Shown: positions 9,378 to 19,261 of the stretch, one piece after another
Layout of the letters: each line of letters starts with the position of its first letter
Numbering within the stretch: the stretch's first letter is position 1
Source of the DNA: an uncultured Anaerolineaceae bacterium
Lineage (GTDB): Bacteria > Chloroflexota > Limnocylindria > Limnocylindrales > CSP1-4
NCBI GenBank assembly: GCA_964579825.1
Contig: CAZOHT010000011.1
Span: 9,220-73,219 of the forward strand
Reading direction: 5' to 3'
Length of the DNA: 64,000 nt
Notes under the pieces: model-generated
Told to the model about the DNA's origin: nothing
The model's database searches: none
The model's input: the letters and a program-made list of their open reading frames with translations, nothing else
Translations under genes and position numbers: made by a program

Positions 9378-10538
9378 TCAGGCCAGGCGGCTGAGTCGTT
9401 CCGCCGCCGCGAGCAGGGTCTCGGTCCGCTTCGGGAAGGCGAACCGCAGCTTGGTCCGGCCGAGCTCCGCCCGCGAGAAGAAGGACGACCCCGGCACGCC
9501 GGCCACACCGGGATCGCGGATCAGGCGCATCGCGTAGGCGACATCGTCCTCGTCGGTGAGGTCGCGGATGTCGGTCATGACGTAGTAGGCGCCGGCGGGG
9601 TCCGAGGCCCGGAAGCCGGCCGACCTGAGGACGGGCAACAGGAGGTCGCGTCGCGCTCGGTAGTCCGCGACGAGCGTCTCGTAGTACGCCCGCGGAAAGC
9701 CGAGTGCGACCACCGCCGCGGCCTGGAGCGGTGCGGCCGCGCCGACCGTCAGGAAGTCATGGACCCGCCGGATGCCGACGCTCAGGTCGGTGGGGGCGAT
9801 CGTCCAGCCGATCCGCCAGCCGGTGACCGAGTACGACTTGGACATGGAGTGGATCTCGACCGTCCGCTCGGCCATCCCGGGCAGGGTCGCGAGTGGCACG
9901 TGCTCGCCCTCGTACACCAGGTGCTCGTAGATGTCGTCGGTGAAGGCGATGACGTCGTGCTCGACGCACAGGCTCGCGATCAGCGCCAGCTCGTCCTGGC
10001 CGAAGACCTTGCCCGTCGGGTTGTGCGGGGAGTTCAGGACGAGCCCGCGCGTCCTCGGACCGAAGGCGGCCCGGAGCTCGGTCTCGTCGATCGACCAGTC
10101 CGGCTCGTGCAACGTGACGTAGCGCGGGATCGCCCCGGCCAGGATCGCATCGGGACCGTAGTTCTCGTAGAAGGGCTCGAACACGATGACTTCGTCACCC
10201 GGGTCCAGCAGGCCCAGCATGGCCGCGACCATCGCCTCGGTGGCGCCGCAGGTGACCGTGACCTGCGTCTCGGGATCGATCGGTCCGTGGGCCGGGAAGT
10301 GGGCGACCGTGGACGACGCGATCGCGTCGCGCAGGGGCTTGGCACCCCAGGTGATGGCGTACTGGTTCAGGTCATCGTGGACGGCCGCCGCGGCCGCCGC
10401 CTTCAACTCCGGCGGGCACGGGAAGTCCGGGAAGCCCTGAGCCAGGCTGACCGCGCCTTCGGCGACGGCGAGCCGGTTCATCTCGCGGATGACCGATTCG
10501 GTGAAGCGGTCCGCCTTCGCGGAGATCCGTCGTGGCAT
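9378..10538 (-). CDS. PLP-dependent aminotransferase, class I/II
   Basis: 386 aa. It has the SMSKSYSVTGWRIGW pyridoxal-lysine motif and NSPHNPTG. Confidence 0.85.
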   Translation of the reverse strand: MPRRISAKADRFTESVIREMNRLAVAEGAVSLAQGFPDFPCPPELKAAAAAAVHDDLNQYAITWGAKPLRDAIASSTVAHFPAHGPIDPETQVTVTCGATEAMVAAMLGLLDPGDEVIVFEPFYENYGPDAILAGAIPRYVTLHEPDWSIDETELRAAFGPRTRGLVLNSPHNPTGKVFGQDELALIASLCVEHDVIAFTDDIYEHLVYEGEHVPLATLPGMAERTVEIHSMSKSYSVTGWRIGWTIAPTDLSVGIRRVHDFLTVGAAAPLQAAAVVALGFPRAYYETLVADYRARRDLLLPVLRSAGFRASDPAGAYYVMTDIRDLTDEDDVAYAMRLIRDPGVAGVPGSSFFSRAELGRTKLRFAFPKRTETLLAAAERLSRLA

Positions 10539-10558
10539 CCGCGGAGTCTAGCGGCGGT

Positions 10559-12664
10559 CTAGACGAGCCGGCGCGGGATGCGCTCCTGCCAGTGCCGCGC
10601 GAAGAACCGTTCGCCATCGAGGTCCACCTCGAGATCCACCGCCAGGTCGAAGTCGGCCGTCGTGCTGGTCTGGCGCGACCGCGCCCGGATCTCGATCCGG
10701 TTCGCGACCTCGTGCCAGCGGTAGAGGACGTTCGCGTCCATCGAGGCGACCGCCGGGTCGCGATCGGACGCGCTCAGGACCAGCGTCTCGGCGGCATACA
10801 GGTAGCGGCCGTCCTGGAGGTGCCAGCCGCCGCCGTCATGGATGGTGACCGTGGTCGTGTCGGTCAGGACGTCGCGTTCGATCCGCCAGACGGGCGTGTC
10901 CTCCTCGCCCGGACCGCCGATGGCCGGGACGTCGGCAGGCGTGGTCTTGAAGGCCGGGACCGGCAGGTCGCCAGGACCGCCGGCCGCCGGGACCACCGGC
11001 AGGGCGAGGCCGGACGGCGTCGCCGGGCCACGGTGCAGCTCGAACTCGGCCGGATAGGGCGACGGCCACAGGACGGGCCAGTATGCGGACGCGACCGACA
11101 CGCGGATCCGATGCCCCGGCGCGAACCGATAGCCGGCGGTCCGCAGTGGGATGGCGATCGCGTCCACGGTGCCGGGCACGAGCGGCTCCGGATCCACCGA
11201 CGAGCGGCGGTGGGTGAGATTCAGGACGCCGGCACTCACCTGGTACGAGGTGCCATCCGGTGCGACATCGGTGAGGCGGACGACCGCGGTCGCGACCGGC
11301 GCCGAGACGGCGAGGTGGAGCACGACCTCCGGGACCCCGAGGATGGACACCGCCTCGGCCAACGGGTCGGTCGTGAAGGTCGGGCCGTCGCTCTCGTCTG
11401 GTCGCAGGTCACGAGCGAGGCCGTTCGGCGGACCGCCGGAACCCCACGCGAGGGAAGCGCGCGTGCCGGTCGTCGGCCGGTGGAGGTAGCGATCGATGCC
11501 TGGCTCCGACCCGGTCTCGCCGGACGCTGCCGGGCGGGCTCCGGCCGGGACCAGCCGGCCCTGCAACGGGAGCGACCCGCCCGCGAACCGCCACTCGCGC
11601 ACCTCGACCGACGGATGCGGGTAGGCGGCCGCCGCTCGCCAGCGACCCGGCAACTCGGCCGGGAACGGTTCCGGGGGCGCGTAGTCTCGCTCGAACCAGA
11701 CCAGTGGCGGTTCGGCATCCGCCCCGTTGTCGATGCCGCGCAGGTGGTGATCGAGGAATCGGACCAGCTCGTGGAGGTCGTCGATGTTCGGTCCGGGTGG
11801 CGCGTCGCCCGGCCAGCCATGGACCCAGTTGCCGACGAGCGTGCGGGTCGGCGCGGTGCAGCGCGCCTGCATCCGGAAGGCCGGGTCCACGTAGCTGTCC
11901 ATCCAGCCGCCGATCGAGTAGGTGGGAACCTCGATCGCGTCGTAGTCCGGGGCCAGGGACCCCTGTCGCCAGTACGGCCCGTCCGCCTGGTGGCGCAGCC
12001 ACTCGAACAGCCAGGGCGGGGTCGCCTGCAGGCGGGCGCGCCACTCGTCCAGCCACGCCCCGCCACGGAAGGTCGCGTCCGGTGGCATCGCGTTCATCGC
12101 GACCTGGCTGACCGCGTACTGCGACAGCTCGCTGACCGTCACGCAGCCGCCCCGGTAGTGGACGTCGTCCACGTATCGGTCGTCCGTGCCCATGCATGGC
12201 ACGATCGCGCGCAGGTGGGGTGGCCGAAGCTTCGCGACCTGGATCGCCGTGAACGCGCCGTAGCTGATGCCCCACATCGCCACGGCACCGCTGGACCAGG
12301 GCTGGGCGGCGGCCCACTCCACGGCGTCGTACCCGTCGTGGGTCTCGGCGGCGGTGTACTCGTCGAGGGCCACGCCGCCGGATGACCCGGTGCCACGTAC
12401 GTCGACCCGGCAGTAGGCATAGCCGCGGACCGCGAGCCACTGGCCGCGACCCGAATCCGTGTCGCGCCGCCAGTTGTCCTTGCCGTAGGGGATCATCTCG
12501 ACGACGACCGGGAAACGCTCGTCGGGGTCGCCCGCGGACGGCTCCGGGCGCCACAGGTTGGCCGACAGCGCCACCCCGTCCCGTGCCGGGATCCGGACGT
12601 CCCAGTCCACGCGGACGCCATGGCGGGGCTCGCTGGCGGAACGGGCGAGGGACGCGTCGGTCAT
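10559..12664 (-). CDS. CocE/NonD-family (S15, X-Pro dipeptidyl-peptidase-like) hydrolase
   Basis: Nucleophile elbow WGISYGAF, N-terminal alpha/beta hydrolase region and a long C-terminal beta-sandwich region. Start set at the ATG at 12664 (MTDASL). The track start at 12751 would overlap the divergent NUDIX gene. Confidence 0.75.
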   Translation of the reverse strand: MTDASLARSASEPRHGVRVDWDVRIPARDGVALSANLWRPEPSAGDPDERFPVVVEMIPYGKDNWRRDTDSGRGQWLAVRGYAYCRVDVRGTGSSGGVALDEYTAAETHDGYDAVEWAAAQPWSSGAVAMWGISYGAFTAIQVAKLRPPHLRAIVPCMGTDDRYVDDVHYRGGCVTVSELSQYAVSQVAMNAMPPDATFRGGAWLDEWRARLQATPPWLFEWLRHQADGPYWRQGSLAPDYDAIEVPTYSIGGWMDSYVDPAFRMQARCTAPTRTLVGNWVHGWPGDAPPGPNIDDLHELVRFLDHHLRGIDNGADAEPPLVWFERDYAPPEPFPAELPGRWRAAAAYPHPSVEVREWRFAGGSLPLQGRLVPAGARPAASGETGSEPGIDRYLHRPTTGTRASLAWGSGGPPNGLARDLRPDESDGPTFTTDPLAEAVSILGVPEVVLHLAVSAPVATAVVRLTDVAPDGTSYQVSAGVLNLTHRRSSVDPEPLVPGTVDAIAIPLRTAGYRFAPGHRIRVSVASAYWPVLWPSPYPAEFELHRGPATPSGLALPVVPAAGGPGDLPVPAFKTTPADVPAIGGPGEEDTPVWRIERDVLTDTTTVTIHDGGGWHLQDGRYLYAAETLVLSASDRDPAVASMDANVLYRWHEVANRIEIRARSRQTSTTADFDLAVDLEVDLDGERFFARHWQERIPRRLV

Positions 12665-12731
12665 CGGCGCGAGTCTAGGGCGACGGCCGGGCGGTCGGAC
12701 GGCGGGGGTCGGTCCATGCGACGATCGCGCC

Positions 12732-13304
12732 ATGGACGACCCGCCCGTCACCAGCGGCCCCTGGACCCGCCGGTCCCGCCGGACCGCCTACGAGAACGCG
12801 TGGGTCACCGTCTTCCACGACGAGGTCACGCGGCCGGATGGTCAGCCCGGGATCTACGGCGTCGTCCACTTCGAGAACCTCGCCGTCGGGGTGGTCGTCC
12901 TCGACGACGACGATCGCGTGCTGCTCGTCGGGCAGCACCGCTACACGCTCGATGCGCTCTCCTGGGAGATCCCGGAGGGCGGCGTCCCCGCCGCTGAGAG
13001 CGCGCTGGACGGTGCCAAGCGGGAGCTGCGCGAGGAGACCGGCGTCGAGGCCGACGATTGGCGCGAACTCGCGCGCCTGCACCTGTCGAACTCGGTCTCC
13101 GATGAATCCGGCGTCCTGTTCACGGCGCGGGCGGTAGCCCACGGCGAACCGGATCCCGAGGGGACGGAGGAGCTCGAGATCCGTTGGGTCCCGTTCGCCG
13201 ACGCGGTCGAGATGGTCCTGGACGGCCGGATCACCGACGCGATGGCCGTCATCGGGATCGAGCGGGTCGCGCTGCTTCGAGCCCGGACCGCGACCGGTCA
13301 GTAA
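12732..13304 (+). CDS. NUDIX hydrolase (ADP-ribose pyrophosphatase-like)
   Basis: Nudix box GGVPAAESALDGAKRELREETGV. ATG at 12732 is in the track frame. Confidence 0.85.
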   Translation: MDDPPVTSGPWTRRSRRTAYENAWVTVFHDEVTRPDGQPGIYGVVHFENLAVGVVVLDDDDRVLLVGQHRYTLDALSWEIPEGGVPAAESALDGAKRELREETGVEADDWRELARLHLSNSVSDESGVLFTARAVAHGEPDPEGTEELEIRWVPFADAVEMVLDGRITDAMAVIGIERVALLRARTATGQ

Positions 13305-13681
13305 GTCTCGATCCGGACGGGTGTCAGCTCGAAGTCGCGGACGTTTCGGGTGAGGACTGCGGCGTGCAGATGGAACGCACTCGCCGCGATCAGCGCATCC
13401 GGGATATCCAGCGTCCTCCCCCGGGCTCGCGCCTCGGCTCGCCAGACCCCGGCGAGCCTGGAGGTCTCGGGCCCGGGCTGGACGAACTCGATGTAGCGCA
13501 GGAGCCGATCGATCCCAGGATGCTCCGATCGGTGGCCGGACCACACTTCGGCGGCCGACACGTCGCAAACGATGGCGATCTCACCCCCGTCGTTGATCGC
13601 GTGGAACCGCTCGGTCGCGGCGGCGACACCGCGGAGGTGGTCGATCAGGAAGGACGAGTCGAGGAGGTAGCTAGCCATCAT
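13298..13681 (-). CDS. vapC: PIN-domain toxin VapC
   Basis: 127 aa. The N-terminal LLDSSFLID acidic motif is typical of PIN domains. It overlaps the upstream antitoxin gene. Confidence 0.85.
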   Translation of the reverse strand: MMASYLLDSSFLIDHLRGVAAATERFHAINDGGEIAIVCDVSAAEVWSGHRSEHPGIDRLLRYIEFVQPGPETSRLAGVWRAEARARGRTLDIPDALIAASAFHLHAAVLTRNVRDFELTPVRIETY

Positions 13682-13934
13682 CCGACATCTCCCACGGATC
13701 CCTCGTGTCGCGTCGACCCTCGCGTACCCACTCGACGACGGACTCGTCCGTCGGGAAGAGCGGGTGGTCCTTCCAGGCGCCCGCCGTCGCGTCGATCGCC
13801 TCGCGCAGACGGTCCCGCTTCAGCCGGGCCTCCAGGGCCTCCGTGACGTATCGGCTGCGCCCACGTGGACCGGCAAAGTGGTCCACCTCCTTCACGAGGT
13901 CCTCGGAGAGGAGCAGATTCGTGCGCACGTTCAT
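13671..13934 (-). CDS. vapB: Type II antitoxin (VapB-like)
   Basis: 87-aa ORF (MNVRTNLLLSEDLVKEVDHF...) forming the 3' end of track ORF 13671..15428. It overlaps vapC by 11 nt. The N-terminus resembles VapB-type antitoxins. Confidence 0.7.
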   Translation of the reverse strand: MNVRTNLLLSEDLVKEVDHFAGPRGRSRYVTEALEARLKRDRLREAIDATAGAWKDHPLFPTDESVVEWVREGRRDTRDPWEMSDDG

Positions 13935-14045
13935 GCGCACACGATAGCACACGGTCATGCACGCGACCGGCCCATCGACCGGCGGCCCCGTCTCGCGGAC
14001 CGGGTCCGACCGTGCGGGGGCCTCCGTCGCCGCTAGCATCCGCCG

Positions 14046-15230
14046 ATGACCTCCGAGCGGCGCGACTGGGACGCCATCGTCATCGGCCTCGGGGGGATCG
14101 GATCCGGCGCGGCGTACTGGCTCAGCCGGACGCTGGGCGACCGGGTGCTGGGCCTCGAGCAGTTCGAGCTCGGGCACGACCGCGGGGCCTCCGCGGATCA
14201 CAGCCGGATCATCCGCCTGTCGTACCACCGCCCGGACTACGTGCGCCTCGCGCGGCGCGCGTACGAGTCGTGGGCGGTCGTCGAAGCCGAGGCGGACGAA
14301 CGGATCGTGACGGTCACCGGAGGCCTGGACCTGTGGCCGGCCGACGCCGCCATCCCACGGGTCGACTACACCGACAGCCTGGCCGCCGAGGGCGTCCCGT
14401 TCGAGCTGCTCGAGGCCGCCGAGATCCGGCGACGCTGGCCGCAGTGGCGGATCGATGACGACGTGACCGGGATGTTCCAGGTCCAGGGCGGGCTGGCCGA
14501 TCCGAATCGCGGCAATGCCGCCCATCGGGCGCTCGCCCGCGCCAACGGCGCCACGCTCCTGGACCGGACGCCGGTCCTCGGGTTGCGCGACGCCGGCGCC
14601 GGCGAGGTCGAGGTCCGAACCGCCGAAGCGACCTTCCGGACCGGACGGGTCGTCCTCACCGCCGACGCGTGGACGAACCACCTGCTGGCCTCGTTCGATC
14701 GGCAGCTGCCACTGACCGTCACGAAGGAGCAGGTGACGTACTTCGCGGCACCGGACCCCGCGGCGTTCTCGCCAGATCGCTTCCCGGTCTGGATCTGGAT
14801 GGACGAGCCCGCGTTCTACGGCTTCCCGACCTACGGTGAACGCGGTCCGAAGGTCGCCGAGGACTGCGGCGGCCAGCCCGTGGATCCCGACACTCGGACG
14901 TTCGACCGGGACGAGGACGCCTTCCGGCGCGTGACCGACTTCATGGCCGAGCGACTGCCCGGCGCCGTCGGCCCGCCGATCTACACCAAGACCTGCCTGT
15001 ACACCCTCACGCCGGATCGCGACTTCGTCGTGGACCGGCTCCCCGACCACCCCGCCATCGTCGTCGGTCTCGGGGCAGGACATGGGTTCAAGTACGCGTC
15101 CGTGCTCGGTCGCGTACTCGCCGAACTGTCGACCGACGGGGTCACGCCCTCGGCCGGCGAACTGGACGCCTTCAGGATCGACCGGCCGATCCTGCTCGAG
15201 AAGGACCCGCCGCACTCTTGGATGGTGTAG
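14046..15230 (+). CDS. FAD-dependent sarcosine / N-methyl-amino-acid oxidase (DAO family)
   Basis: DAIVIGLGGIGSGAAYWLS dinucleotide fold, CLYTLTPDRDF and GAGHGFKY motifs, as in monomeric sarcosine oxidase / N-methyltryptophan oxidase. Confidence 0.8.
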   Translation: MTSERRDWDAIVIGLGGIGSGAAYWLSRTLGDRVLGLEQFELGHDRGASADHSRIIRLSYHRPDYVRLARRAYESWAVVEAEADERIVTVTGGLDLWPADAAIPRVDYTDSLAAEGVPFELLEAAEIRRRWPQWRIDDDVTGMFQVQGGLADPNRGNAAHRALARANGATLLDRTPVLGLRDAGAGEVEVRTAEATFRTGRVVLTADAWTNHLLASFDRQLPLTVTKEQVTYFAAPDPAAFSPDRFPVWIWMDEPAFYGFPTYGERGPKVAEDCGGQPVDPDTRTFDRDEDAFRRVTDFMAERLPGAVGPPIYTKTCLYTLTPDRDFVVDRLPDHPAIVVGLGAGHGFKYASVLGRVLAELSTDGVTPSAGELDAFRIDRPILLEKDPPHSWMV

Positions 15231-15364
15231 ACAACCAAACCGAAGCATCCCTTGCACCACCACCCGCCGCTGTGTCACGCTCCGCGAGACTTGGGTCTGG
15301 GAGGACCCGGGGGAACCCCGCGCGGAGGCTCGACGAGGTTTCGAGCCCCACTGGAGGAGAATCG

Positions 15365-17266
15365 ATGCGATCGCCCTTGCGAGCACGTTCCACCCGGATC
15401 CTGGCGTCGGCCGGGCTGGTGGCCGCACTCTTGATCCCGGCCGCGGCGCCGACGGCCGCGGCGGACCCCGTGGTCCTGAAGGTCGGCGTCACGCAGCCGC
15501 TCGACTCGGTCAACCCGTACGGCACGGCGCTGGTCGTCGGCTACGAGGTCTTCGGCCTGACCTATGACGTGCTCGTGGGCTACGGTCCGGACAACGAGCC
15601 CGCGCCCGGCTTCGCCGATACGTGGGAGCGCGCCGCCGACGGCAACTCCTACACGTTCCACATCCGCGAGGGCATGACCTGGTCGGACGGCACGCCCGCG
15701 ACCGCGGCCGACGCCTGCTTCTCGTACCAGATCAACCTCGATGCGATCGCGGCCGAGTCCAACGTCGGCCTCGGCTACATCGATCCGTCCGTCGCCTCGG
15801 CCGGTGTCACCAAGGTCGAGTGCCCGGACGACGAGACGATGATCATGACCACGAGCGATCCATCGCTCCGTCCCCTCCAGCTGTACGTCCCGATCCTTCC
15901 AAAGCACATCTGGGGCGACAAGACCTACGCCGAGATCGGCGAGGACACGTTCGACGCTCCGCAGGTGGGCAGCGGCCCGTATCAGCTCGTCGAGTGGAAG
16001 ACCGGCGAGTACGTGAAGTTCGAGCGCAACGCCGGCTACTGGGGCAACCAGGGCGCCGCAGACCAGATCATCATCCAGTTCTTCGGCAGCGCCGACACGC
16101 TCGTCCAGGCCCTCAAGGCCGGCGAGATCGACTACGCCCGAGGGGCCAACGCCGAACAGTTCGATGCCCTCAAGACCGAGCCGAACGTCGTGACCGTCGC
16201 CGGCGAGGCCAACGGCTGGACCGAATTCGGCTTCAACACCTACGGCACCGGGACCGGCAACACGATCCCGAACGGCGGGCCATCCACCAAGGCGCTCCTG
16301 GACGCGGCGTTCCGCGACGCCCTCGGCTATGCGATCGACAAGCAGCTGCTCCTCGACCGGATCCACCTCGGCTATGGCGTCGTGGGCACCACACCGGTCC
16401 CGCCGGTGCTGAGTGATTGGCACACGCCGCCATCGCCGATCCGGGTCTTCGACCTCGCGGTCGCCGACCAGAAGCTGACCGAGGCGGGCTACGTCAAGGA
16501 CGGATCCGGGAACCGGCTCGACAAGGAAGGCAAGGCCATCAGCCTGACCCTCGTCTTCCCGAACGACGACGACACGTACGCCAAGGCCGCCCAGTTCATC
16601 CAGGGCTGGTACCAGGAGATCGGCATCAAGGTGACCCCGGTCCCGTACGAGCAGGGTGCGCTGATCGACGTGATGCTGCCGCCCGAGGCGGACGGCACGG
16701 CCGACTACGACCTGTTCATCTGGGGCTGGTCCGGTAGCCCGGACCCGAGCGTCCTGCTCGAGGTCTTCACCTGCGACGCCATCGGCGGGTCGTCCGACAG
16801 CCTGTGGTGCGACCAGAAGTACGACGACCTGTACGCGAAGCAGAACACCGAGGGCGGTTCGGAGCGTCAGGCGACGCTGGCCGAGCTGCAGCAGTACTGG
16901 TATGAGCAGGCGCCGTACCACATCCTGTACTACGACGCCAACCTGCACGCCTACCGGACGGACAAGTTCGGCGGCTGGCAGAACCAGCCCAAGACGGGGA
17001 CACCGCTCTTCGCCACGGGCACCCTGAACTACACGCTCCTGACCCTTGCGTCCGAAGCGAGTCCCAGCCCGGATGCCTCGGCGGCTCCGTCGGACGGGTC
17101 CAGCGCGGCACCGGCCACGCCGGCGCCGTCGGGCGACGGCGGCTCGGGTTCCACGAGCAGTGACAACACGATGCTCATCGTCGGCGTCCTGGCCGTCGTG
17201 GCCGTGGTGGTCGGCGGGCTGGTGCTCGCTCGGCGCCGTGGCTCGGCCAAGGACGAAGACGAGTAG
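15365..17266 (+). CDS. ABC transporter substrate-binding protein, family 5 (peptide/nickel type), with a C-terminal TM anchor
   Basis: ATG at 15365 lies after GGAGGAG. Signal peptide MRSPLRARSTRILASAGLVAALLIPAAAPTAAA. Typical family-5 SBP body. A Ser/Pro/Ala linker is followed by MLIVGVLAVVAVVVGGLVLARRRG. Confidence 0.85.
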   Translation: MRSPLRARSTRILASAGLVAALLIPAAAPTAAADPVVLKVGVTQPLDSVNPYGTALVVGYEVFGLTYDVLVGYGPDNEPAPGFADTWERAADGNSYTFHIREGMTWSDGTPATAADACFSYQINLDAIAAESNVGLGYIDPSVASAGVTKVECPDDETMIMTTSDPSLRPLQLYVPILPKHIWGDKTYAEIGEDTFDAPQVGSGPYQLVEWKTGEYVKFERNAGYWGNQGAADQIIIQFFGSADTLVQALKAGEIDYARGANAEQFDALKTEPNVVTVAGEANGWTEFGFNTYGTGTGNTIPNGGPSTKALLDAAFRDALGYAIDKQLLLDRIHLGYGVVGTTPVPPVLSDWHTPPSPIRVFDLAVADQKLTEAGYVKDGSGNRLDKEGKAISLTLVFPNDDDTYAKAAQFIQGWYQEIGIKVTPVPYEQGALIDVMLPPEADGTADYDLFIWGWSGSPDPSVLLEVFTCDAIGGSSDSLWCDQKYDDLYAKQNTEGGSERQATLAELQQYWYEQAPYHILYYDANLHAYRTDKFGGWQNQPKTGTPLFATGTLNYTLLTLASEASPSPDASAAPSDGSSAAPATPAPSGDGGSGSTSSDNTMLIVGVLAVVAVVVGGLVLARRRGSAKDEDE

Positions 17267-17348
17267 GCCGGCCAGATCGACGGCCGGATGACCGACGTGG
17301 GAGAGGGCCGCACCGCCGGCCCTCTCCGCACGACCTGAGGGCCGGACG

Positions 17349-18320
17349 ATGGGTGGGCACTACCTCCTTCGCCGCCTGATCCAGGCGTTCCTGACGATCG
17401 TGGCGATCGTCGTGCTCAATTTCTTCCTGTTCCGGATGATGCCGGGCTCGCCCGAGCGCATCCTCCTGCGCAACCCGCACCTGACCGAAGAGACGGTCCA
17501 GGCCGCGCGCGAACGCTGGGGTCTCGACCAACCGTGGCCCGTCCAGCTGGTCAAGTACCTGGGCGCGACCGCCCAGGGTGACCTCGGCTACTCGTTCCAG
17601 TACCGCGGCCAGCCGGTCTCCGAGGTCATCGGGCTCCGGTTCTGGCCGACGATCCTGCTCGTCGGGATCGCCGAGATCATCGCCATCGTCGTCGGGCTGA
17701 CGCTCGGCGCCTACTCGGGGTGGAAACGCGGCGGCCGGGTGGACAAGGTCGGCAACGGCATCAGCCTCATCCTGTATTCGATGCCGTACTTCGTCATCGG
17801 CATGCCGCTGATCATCATCTTCGCGGCAGAATTGGGCTGGTTCCCGACCTCGGGGATGCTCACCCCCGGCGCGACGTACGACTCACCGGTCGACCAGCTG
17901 GTCGATTTCCTGAGCCACCTGGCGCTGCCGCTCGCGACCGTCTCGCTGGGGCTCATCGGCGGGTACTCGATCCTCATGCGTTCGTCGATCATCGAGACGC
18001 GCACCGAGGACTACGTGACGACGGCGCGAGCCAAGGGCCTGAACGAGCGACGCGTCGTCCGCCAGCACGCCTTCCCGAATGCCCTCCTGCCGACGGTCAC
18101 GATCATCGCGATCAACCTCGGGTACGTGGTGGCCGGCGTCCTGACGGCCGAGATCATCTTCAACTGGCCCGGTCTCGGGACGCTGACCTACCAGGCCCTG
18201 TCGGTGCGTGACTTCCCCGTCCTGCAGGGCGTCTTCCTGATCCTGTCGATCGCCGTCGTCCTGGCCAACCTGGGAGCCGACCTCCTGTACGGCGTCCTCG
18301 ACCCGCGGGTCCGCGCGTGA
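17349..18320 (+). CDS. ABC transporter permease (DppB/OppB type)
   Basis: 323 aa, six-TM BPD-type permease. The conserved-loop region includes TARAKGL. Confidence 0.9.
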   Translation: MGGHYLLRRLIQAFLTIVAIVVLNFFLFRMMPGSPERILLRNPHLTEETVQAARERWGLDQPWPVQLVKYLGATAQGDLGYSFQYRGQPVSEVIGLRFWPTILLVGIAEIIAIVVGLTLGAYSGWKRGGRVDKVGNGISLILYSMPYFVIGMPLIIIFAAELGWFPTSGMLTPGATYDSPVDQLVDFLSHLALPLATVSLGLIGGYSILMRSSIIETRTEDYVTTARAKGLNERRVVRQHAFPNALLPTVTIIAINLGYVVAGVLTAEIIFNWPGLGTLTYQALSVRDFPVLQGVFLILSIAVVLANLGADLLYGVLDPRVRA

Positions 18321-19261
18321 GCGCCGCGACCACGGCCAAGGCGCCCACCGGGGCATGGGGCCTTCGCTGGCGCGGATTCCGCCAGTTCGCGTCCAAGTTC
18401 GCGCGTCGACGGGACGGCGTCGTCGGATTCGGGATCCTCGTGTTCTTCACGCTCATGGCCCTGGCGCCGTACTGGTTCGTCGGTCCGCTCGAGACCGCCA
18501 TCACCGCGTCGGGCACCGGGTTCGAACCACCCAGCCTGGACCACCTGCTCGGGACCGACGAGCTCGGCCGGGACGTCCTCAACCTCACGGTGCACGGCGC
18601 GCGGGTGTCCATGCTCATCGGCCTGCTGGCCACCGTCATCACGGTCCTGGTCGGCGCGGCCATCGGCATCGTGTCGGGGTTCGTCGGCGGCATGACGGAC
18701 TCGAGCCTGATGCGCGTCACGGACTTCTTCCTGGTCCTTCCCACGTTCGTCCTGGCCATCATCCTGGCGCCGATCATCCTCGACATCATCGGCGTCGACG
18801 CCGAGATCGCCGGGCTCCGAGCGACGCTGGTCGTCATCGTCATCGTCATCGGTATCACGAGTTGGGCGTCCACCGCCAGAGTCATCCGGTCGCAGACCCT
18901 GTCGGTCAAGGAGCGCATGTTCGTCGACCGCGCCCGGGTGATCGGCAGCGGCGGCGGCCACATCATGTCCAAGCACGTCCTGCCCAACGTGATGAACCTG
19001 ATCGTCGCGAACACGGTCCTCGTGTTCGCCGGCGCGGTCTTCACCGAGACGACCCTGTCGTTCATCGGCCTCGGCGACCCGTTCCTCCCATCCTGGGGCC
19101 AGTTGCTCTACTCGGCGGAAGCGTCCGGGGCGCCCGGCCTCGGAGCGTGGTGGTACATCGCCCCACCGGCGACGTGCGTCGTCCTGGTCATCCTGGGCTT
19201 CACGCTCGTCGGCAACGCCCTCGACGACATCCTCAATCCGAAGTCGGGGGTCCGGCGATGA
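18317..19261 (+). CDS. ABC transporter permease (DppC/OppC type)
   Basis: The GTG start overlaps the upstream stop (GTGA). 314-aa permease of the DppC/OppC type. Confidence 0.9.
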   Translation: MSAATTAKAPTGAWGLRWRGFRQFASKFARRRDGVVGFGILVFFTLMALAPYWFVGPLETAITASGTGFEPPSLDHLLGTDELGRDVLNLTVHGARVSMLIGLLATVITVLVGAAIGIVSGFVGGMTDSSLMRVTDFFLVLPTFVLAIILAPIILDIIGVDAEIAGLRATLVVIVIVIGITSWASTARVIRSQTLSVKERMFVDRARVIGSGGGHIMSKHVLPNVMNLIVANTVLVFAGAVFTETTLSFIGLGDPFLPSWGQLLYSAEASGAPGLGAWWYIAPPATCVVLVILGFTLVGNALDDILNPKSGVRR

